Below are positions 59,083 through 64,000 of a stretch of DNA of 64,000 nt, one piece after another (position 1 is the stretch's first letter; every line of letters starts with the position of its first letter). The DNA lies in the NCBI GenBank assembly GCA_043804825.1, contig JAZDIQ010000019.1, positions 18,223 to 82,222 of the forward strand. The letters run 5' to 3'. Below the pieces are notes generated by a model. The model ran no database searches, was not told the DNA's origin, and worked only from the letters and a program-made list of their open reading frames with translations. The position numbers were made by a program, and so were the translations under genes. The DNA is from Pseudomonadota bacterium. GTDB lineage: Bacteria > Desulfobacterota > Desulfarculia > Desulfarculales > Desulfarculaceae.

Positions 59083-59748
59083 ATGCGCAAACAAATGAAG
59101 AAATCAGCTCGCTTGCTCCTGGCCGCCGCGGCTTGCCTGACCCTGCTCCTTTTGGCCGCCCTGGCCCAGGCCCTTCCCCAGGAACTCATGGGCCTGAGCC
59201 CCGACAAGCCCCTGATCGTGGACCAGCAGAACCACAGCCTGCGCTATCTGGCCAAGGTCAACGGCAAGTACCTGCACCAGCCCACTCGTCACGCCTCCAT
59301 CTGGGAGGGTGGCAAGTTCGGCGACAAGTCGGTCTTCACCGCCTTTGTCAAGCCCGACGACTTCCGCCTGGCCCTGTTGTCCCTGGGGCTCAAGCCCGGC
59401 GAGAACATGACCATGGACAACAAGGAGACCACCAGCGTGCGGGGCGACGAGCTGGCCGTGGGCGTCACCTGGGCCGGGGCGGCCAAGACCTACTCCCTCG
59501 ATGAGGTCATCGTCGACAGCAACAAAAAGCCCATCGTCATCCGTTTCGGCGGCAACAAGGACAACTCCCTCAAGCTCAACACCGGCTGCCTGATCTGCCT
59601 GGACTCCTGCCCGGTGGGCATCGCCAGCAACGCCACCTACACCTACGGCGCCGTGGAAAAGCGCGGCGAGGTTGGTTTCACCGGCAACGCCCAGCTGCTG
59701 CCCCCGGATGGCACCCTGGTGGTGATCAGCGTGGGTCCCCGGAAGTAG
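59083..59748 (+). CDS. YdjY-like exported Cys-motif protein
   Basis: Signal peptide; AKVNGKYL..PTRH, GLKPGENM, RFGGN, TGCLICLDSCPVGI.SN resemble E. coli YdjY. Confidence 0.75.
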   Translation: MRKQMKKSARLLLAAAACLTLLLLAALAQALPQELMGLSPDKPLIVDQQNHSLRYLAKVNGKYLHQPTRHASIWEGGKFGDKSVFTAFVKPDDFRLALLSLGLKPGENMTMDNKETTSVRGDELAVGVTWAGAAKTYSLDEVIVDSNKKPIVIRFGGNKDNSLKLNTGCLICLDSCPVGIASNATYTYGAVEKRGEVGFTGNAQLLPPDGTLVVISVGPRK

Positions 59749-59750
59749 CC

Positions 59751-60209
59751 GTGGCCCCTCAGACATCAGCACAGTTGCAGGTCGGCCAGCCCCAGGGCGC
59801 CGCCGCGCGCCTGGCCGGCCTGTTGGCCGGCCTGTGCCTGGGGCTGTTGGCCGGCGGATTGCTGGCCCTGTTGGCCAGTGAATCGGTCTGGCTGGAGATG
59901 CGGGTCAACACCGGCCTCTTGCTGCCCCTGGGCGCGCTGCTGGGCGGCCTGGCCGGCCTGCGGCGGCCCCTGGGGCCGGCGCGCCCCTGGATGTTGGCGC
60001 TACAGGCGGCGCTCTTGCTGGCGGCGGCCTGGCTGTTGGGCTTTGACCTCCAGGCCTTCTTGGTGGTGCCGGCCTGCCTGTTGCGCGAGGGCTGCCACCT
60101 GCCGGGGCTGAGCCTGGGCACGGCCAACGCCGTTCTGGCGGCCTGGCTCTTGACCGGCAACGCCTTGTGGCTCATTCTGGGGCGACGCGCCGCCGCCCCC
60201 AAGGAATAA
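59751..60209 (+). CDS. small hypothetical membrane protein (~4 TM)
   Basis: Hydrophobic ORF filling the space between its neighbours with 2-3 nt gaps. Confidence 0.7.
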   Translation: MAPQTSAQLQVGQPQGAAARLAGLLAGLCLGLLAGGLLALLASESVWLEMRVNTGLLLPLGALLGGLAGLRRPLGPARPWMLALQAALLLAAAWLLGFDLQAFLVVPACLLREGCHLPGLSLGTANAVLAAWLLTGNALWLILGRRAAAPKE

Positions 60210-60212
60210 GCC

Positions 60213-62096
60213 ATGCCCGCGCCCAGTTACGCCGCACCGACCGCCCCGGCGCCCGCCCTTGCGGCGGATATCAGCCCCGGGCTGCACCAGCAACTGACGG
60301 CCACTCTGGAGAGCTGCCTGGCCTGCGGGCTGTGTCAGCGGGAGTGCCGTTTTCTGCAAGAGCACGGCCAGCCGCTGGAGATCGCCCGCTCCTTTGATCC
60401 CCTGGACAACCGCCGCCTCGCCCTGGCCTTCCAGTGCAGCCTGTGCGGCCTGTGCGCCGAGGTCTGCCCCCACGACCTGAACCCCTCGGCTCTGTTCCTG
60501 GAGATGCGCCGGGAGGCCGTGCTGCGGGGGGAAGGTGATTTTGCCGAACATCAGGGGCTATTGGCCTTTGAGCGACGGGGCAATTCCCCCCGCTACACCT
60601 GGTACGCCCTGCCCCAGGGCTGCCACACGGTGTTTTTTCCGGGCTGCAACCTGCCAGGCAGCCGGCCCGGGCAGACCTGGCGTATATTCGAGCACCTGCG
60701 CGCAAACGACCCCAGCCTGGGCATGGTGCTGGACTGCTGCAACAAGCCCTCCCACGACCTGGGGCGTCAGGACTACTTCCTGGCCATGTTCCAGGAGATG
60801 CGCGACTGGCTCCTGGAGCGGGGCGTCAAGCAGGTGCTGGTGGCCTGCCCCAACTGCTACCGGGTCTTCGAGACCCACGGCCAGGACCTTGAGGTCCGCA
60901 CGGTGTATGAGGTCCTGGCTGAACAGGGGCCGCCCCAGGCCCCGGCCCTGGCCGTCGCGACCACGGTGACCCTACACGACTCCTGCGCGGTGCGCTGGGC
61001 CCAGCCGGTGCAAGAGGCCGCGCGCCAGTTGGCGTCCCAGGCCGGGCTCACGGTGCGGGAGATGCCTCACCACGGCGCCCGCACCCTGTGCTGCGGCGAG
61101 GGCGGCGGGGTGGGGTTTCTGTCGCCCGAGCTGGCCCAGGCCTGGGTGGCCAAGCGCCGCCAGGAGGCCGGCCAAGAGCGGGTGCTGACCTACTGCGCCG
61201 GCTGCGCGGGCATGCTGGGGGGGAGCACGCCCACCAGCCATCTGCTGGACGTGCTCCTGGACCCTCGGGCCGCCCTGGCCGGCCGGGCGCCGGTGGCCAA
61301 GGCCCCCCTGACCTATTGGAACCGCCTGCGCCTGAAAAAGCGCCTGCAACGCCAGGTGCCGGCGGCCCAGGAGCGCCGGCGCGCCTTCAATCCCCTGCCC
61401 CAACCCCGGGGCGGCCTGGTCAAGCTGCTGTTGATGCTGGCTCTCTTGGTGGGGGTGGTGGCGGCGGCTCGCCTGAGCGGCGCGGCCGGCTATCTGGAGC
61501 AGGAGCGCCTGCGGGCCTTGATCGCCGGCTACGGCAGCCTGGCCCCGGCCATCTACATGCTCATCTACGCCGTGGCGCCCGCGCTGTTCCTGCCGGGCCT
61601 GCCCATCACCCTGGCCGGCGGCATCCTCTTCGGCCCGCTGTGGGGGGTGGTGTACACCATCATCGGCTCCACCAGCGGGGCCTGCCTGGCCTTTCTCGTC
61701 GCCCGCCACGGGGCGCGCGCCAGCATCGAGCGCCGGCTGCGCAGCCCGCGCTGGCGGCAGTTGGACGCCCAGGTGGAGCGGCACGGCTGGAAGGTGGTGG
61801 TCTTCACCCGCCTGATCCCCCTGTTCCCCTTCAACCTGCTCAACTACGCCCTGGGCCTGACCAAGGTCAAGTTCAGCCACTACGCCCTGGCCACCTTCCT
61901 GGGCATGCTGCCGGCCTGCATCGCCTTCGTGGTCTTTTCCAGCTCGCTGTTGGACCTGATCCTGGGACGGGTCTCCCCGCGCCTGGCCCTGGGACTGGGG
62001 CTGGTGATCCTGGTGAGCCTGGCCCCCCTGCTATACCGGCGCCTATCCCGCCGCAAGCCCGGCGCGCCCGCTCCGGAGACGCCCGCGCCCCGCTAG
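60213..62096 (+). CDS. Fe-S/CCG (HdrD/GlpC-like) oxidoreductase fused to a DedA/TVP38 (VTT) membrane domain
   Basis: CLACGLCQREC, CSLCGLCAEVCP; FFPGC/DCC/ACPNC and HDSC/LCCG/YCAGC; then LPG..ITLAGG.LFG, RLIPLFPFNLLNYALG, GMLP. Confidence 0.88.
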   Translation: MPAPSYAAPTAPAPALAADISPGLHQQLTATLESCLACGLCQRECRFLQEHGQPLEIARSFDPLDNRRLALAFQCSLCGLCAEVCPHDLNPSALFLEMRREAVLRGEGDFAEHQGLLAFERRGNSPRYTWYALPQGCHTVFFPGCNLPGSRPGQTWRIFEHLRANDPSLGMVLDCCNKPSHDLGRQDYFLAMFQEMRDWLLERGVKQVLVACPNCYRVFETHGQDLEVRTVYEVLAEQGPPQAPALAVATTVTLHDSCAVRWAQPVQEAARQLASQAGLTVREMPHHGARTLCCGEGGGVGFLSPELAQAWVAKRRQEAGQERVLTYCAGCAGMLGGSTPTSHLLDVLLDPRAALAGRAPVAKAPLTYWNRLRLKKRLQRQVPAAQERRRAFNPLPQPRGGLVKLLLMLALLVGVVAAARLSGAAGYLEQERLRALIAGYGSLAPAIYMLIYAVAPALFLPGLPITLAGGILFGPLWGVVYTIIGSTSGACLAFLVARHGARASIERRLRSPRWRQLDAQVERHGWKVVVFTRLIPLFPFNLLNYALGLTKVKFSHYALATFLGMLPACIAFVVFSSSLLDLILGRVSPRLALGLGLVILVSLAPLLYRRLSRRKPGAPAPETPAPR

Positions 62097-62202
62097 AGAC
62101 CCGCCGGGACCCCGGCCGGGCCACCCTCGTCCAGGGCCTTGGATTCCGTCATGCCCGCGGGCCCTCCACGGGAGGCGCCAGCGCTGGCCCCAGACTCAAG
62201 GA

Positions 62203-62567
62203 AATCGACCCGTATACGCCCCGCCGGGGGCACCCGGCAAAGCCAAGCGGTTTTTCTTTGTGCCCTGCCCAGCCGCCCGGCCATACCGCGCACTGGCGGT
62301 GGGTGGGCCTGGCCCATTCGTGCCTGAACAGTTGTCGTGTCTGGCGCCTCGGCCTTGCCAGGTTGCTGCCGGCGTTCATACGCCAGCCGTGCGGTGGCGA
62401 TTTAAGAATGGCCGGGCTGAGGGCAGGGCACGGGGTTTAGGTGGGAGATAAAGCCGGGCCTCCTGGCCCCAGAATGTTGCGGGATCAACCTGAAACGGGA
62501 GCCGCCGGCCCTGGTCGCGCATGGGGGTGTCAATCGACCCATATACGCCTCGCCGGGGGCACCCGGC
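62203..62567 (+). repeat. two 36-bp direct repeats (62203-62238 and 62532-62567)
   Basis: AATCGACCCRTATACGCCYCGCCGGGGGCACCCGGC, 34/36 identical, 329 bp apart. Confidence 0.85.
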
Positions 62568-62704
62568 CCGGGGGGTTGCAAAGACAGGGGGGTTGGTTCA
62601 CTATGAGCGGGTTAAGCAATCATAATCCGCGTTCAGCTCACCTGGGGGCGACCACGCCCAAGGTGCTTGGCGGTCGCGCCGCAACCGCGCCGGAGTTTTA
62701 GGGC

Positions 62705-64000
62705 ATGAGATCGCGCCTGTGGTTCAAGGCCTTTGCCTTTGTCTTTTTCATCGTGGCCGGCTGCACCCTGGCCATCGCGCTGTACACCATCCCGCTCATT
62801 CGCGATATCAGCTACAGCATGGAGGAGAAGTACGCCATCAGTCTCCTGGACCGGGTGCAGAACCTGGTGGAGGCCAAGCACCAGGAGATCGAGGGCTACC
62901 GCCGGGCGGCCCTGGAGGCCAAGAAGCAGGAGCTGCGGCACATCACCCAAGTGGTGGGGGGCTATCTGGAGGCCGAGGAACAGGCCGCCCGCCAGGGCAA
63001 AATCGATCCCCGCGCGGCCCGGCAACGGGCCATAAACTACGCCCGCCGCTTCATCTACGGCAACGACGACTACGTGTGGATATCGGACTTTCAGTCGGTT
63101 CTGATCAGCCACCCCGACCCACGCCTGTTCGGCGCGGATTTCTCCCAGAAGCGCGACGTGCGCGGCGACCTTATCGTGCCGCCCATGGTGCAGGTGGCCA
63201 GGGAAAGGGGCGAGGGTTTCACCAGCTACTGGTGGAACCGCCTGGGCAGGGATCAGCCCGCCGAGAAGCTGACCTACTCCCGGCTGTTCAAGCCCTGGGA
63301 CTGGGTCTACGGCACCGGGGTGTACATCGACGACATCGAGGACGAGGTGCAGCGGCGCAAGCAGGTCTTGATCGGGCAGCTCAGGGAGATGATGAGCCAG
63401 ATCACCATCGGCGATACCGGCTACATGTACATCTTCGACGTCCGGAAGAACATGATCATCCACCCCAACAAGCAGTTGGAAGGCAAGACCATCGAGGGCC
63501 TCAAGGACCCCGTTTCCGGCCGGCCCATGGCCGAGCTGTTGGTGGCGGCGGCCCGCACCCCGGGGGTACCCCTGTACTACAAGTGGGACCGCCCCGAGGA
63601 GCCCGGCAACTATGTCTACGACAAGTTGAGCTGGGTGCGCTACTTCCCCGGCTTCGACTGGTACATAGCCTCCTCGGTGTACCAGGACGAGCTGCGGGCC
63701 GGATCGCGCAGCCTGAGCTGGCGGATCGCGGGCATCGCCTTTTTGATCTTCGTGCTGGCCCTGGTGGTGGGCTATATCATGCTTAAAAAGTTGGTGCGCC
63801 CCATTGAGCAGCTCTCAAGCACGGCGCTGAAGGTGCGCCGGGGCGAGTTTGACGTGCGCAGCGGCGTGCGGGCCGGCGACGACGAGATCGGCATCCTGGC
63901 CCGGGAGTTCGACGGCATGGTGGCCACCATGGCCGACCACGTGAACATCCTGGACGCCAAGGTGCGCGAAAAGACCTCGGAGCTGACGGAGAACCTGGCG
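62705..64000 (+). CDS. membrane sensor with two Cache domains and HAMP (output domain beyond the window)
   Basis: Open frame MRSRLWFKAF...: TM, Cache (YVWI...HP...GEGFTSYWW...WDWVYGTGVY), second Cache (GYMYIFD...HP), TM, HAMP (RPI...DEIG.LA..F..M). Confidence 0.88.
   Translation, partial: MRSRLWFKAFAFVFFIVAGCTLAIALYTIPLIRDISYSMEEKYAISLLDRVQNLVEAKHQEIEGYRRAALEAKKQELRHITQVVGGYLEAEEQAARQGKIDPRAARQRAINYARRFIYGNDDYVWISDFQSVLISHPDPRLFGADFSQKRDVRGDLIVPPMVQVARERGEGFTSYWWNRLGRDQPAEKLTYSRLFKPWDWVYGTGVYIDDIEDEVQRRKQVLIGQLREMMSQITIGDTGYMYIFDVRKNMIIHPNKQLEGKTIEGLKDPVSGRPMAELLVAAARTPGVPLYYKWDRPEEPGNYVYDKLSWVRYFPGFDWYIASSVYQDELRAGSRSLSWRIAGIAFLIFVLALVVGYIMLKKLVRPIEQLSSTALKVRRGEFDVRSGVRAGDDEIGILAREFDGMVATMADHVNILDAKVREKTSELTENLA

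Noticed and set aside
62225-62260. GCAAAGCC resembling a c-di-GMP-I riboswitch core (similar GGGACGCCAAGCC at ~2738)
   Set aside because: The other conserved elements are missing, and the 2738 site is antisense to the adjacent gene.
62719-63786. 355-aa plus-strand ORF in the track
   Set aside because: Wrong frame; the Cache-HAMP protein is in the frame starting at 62705, which has no stop in the window.

Overview
High-GC bacterial chromosome segment. Gene content and the rpoZ-dnaJ-moaC-dksA order suggest an anaerobic deltaproteobacterium, possibly Desulfarculaceae-like (inference). I found no rRNA, tRNA, CRISPR array, transposase or integrase. From left to right: a VC_2705-type Na+/solute symporter with its DUF4212 subunit; a PAS kinase/NarL pair; an SH3 protein divergent from an EctR-like MarR regulator; an ~18 kb acyl-CoA catabolic island (SDR, QueG-like protein, multi-Cys Fe-S protein, FadA, FadB, MerR, a Liv-type ABC importer, 4-hydroxybutyryl-CoA dehydratase, acyl-CoA dehydrogenase); an RND pump; a sigma54 two-component system upstream of a benzoate-CoA-ligase-family gene and a DASS transporter; a Gld-like ABC exporter; rpoZ/dnaJ/moaC/dksA; a Wzm/Wzt glycan cluster; a sigma54-driven small secreted protein; a TPR protein; a YdjY / membrane protein / CCG-DedA fusion operon; and a truncated Cache-HAMP sensor. 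Best candidate for an undescribed system: the ABC importer whose LivM permease is fused in frame, via a Cys4 zinc ribbon, to a complete acyl-CoA ligase (possible transport-coupled CoA activation). Runners-up are the atypical QueG-like/Fe-S pair and the YdjY/CCG-DedA module. All family calls come from motif recognition by eye, not database searches.
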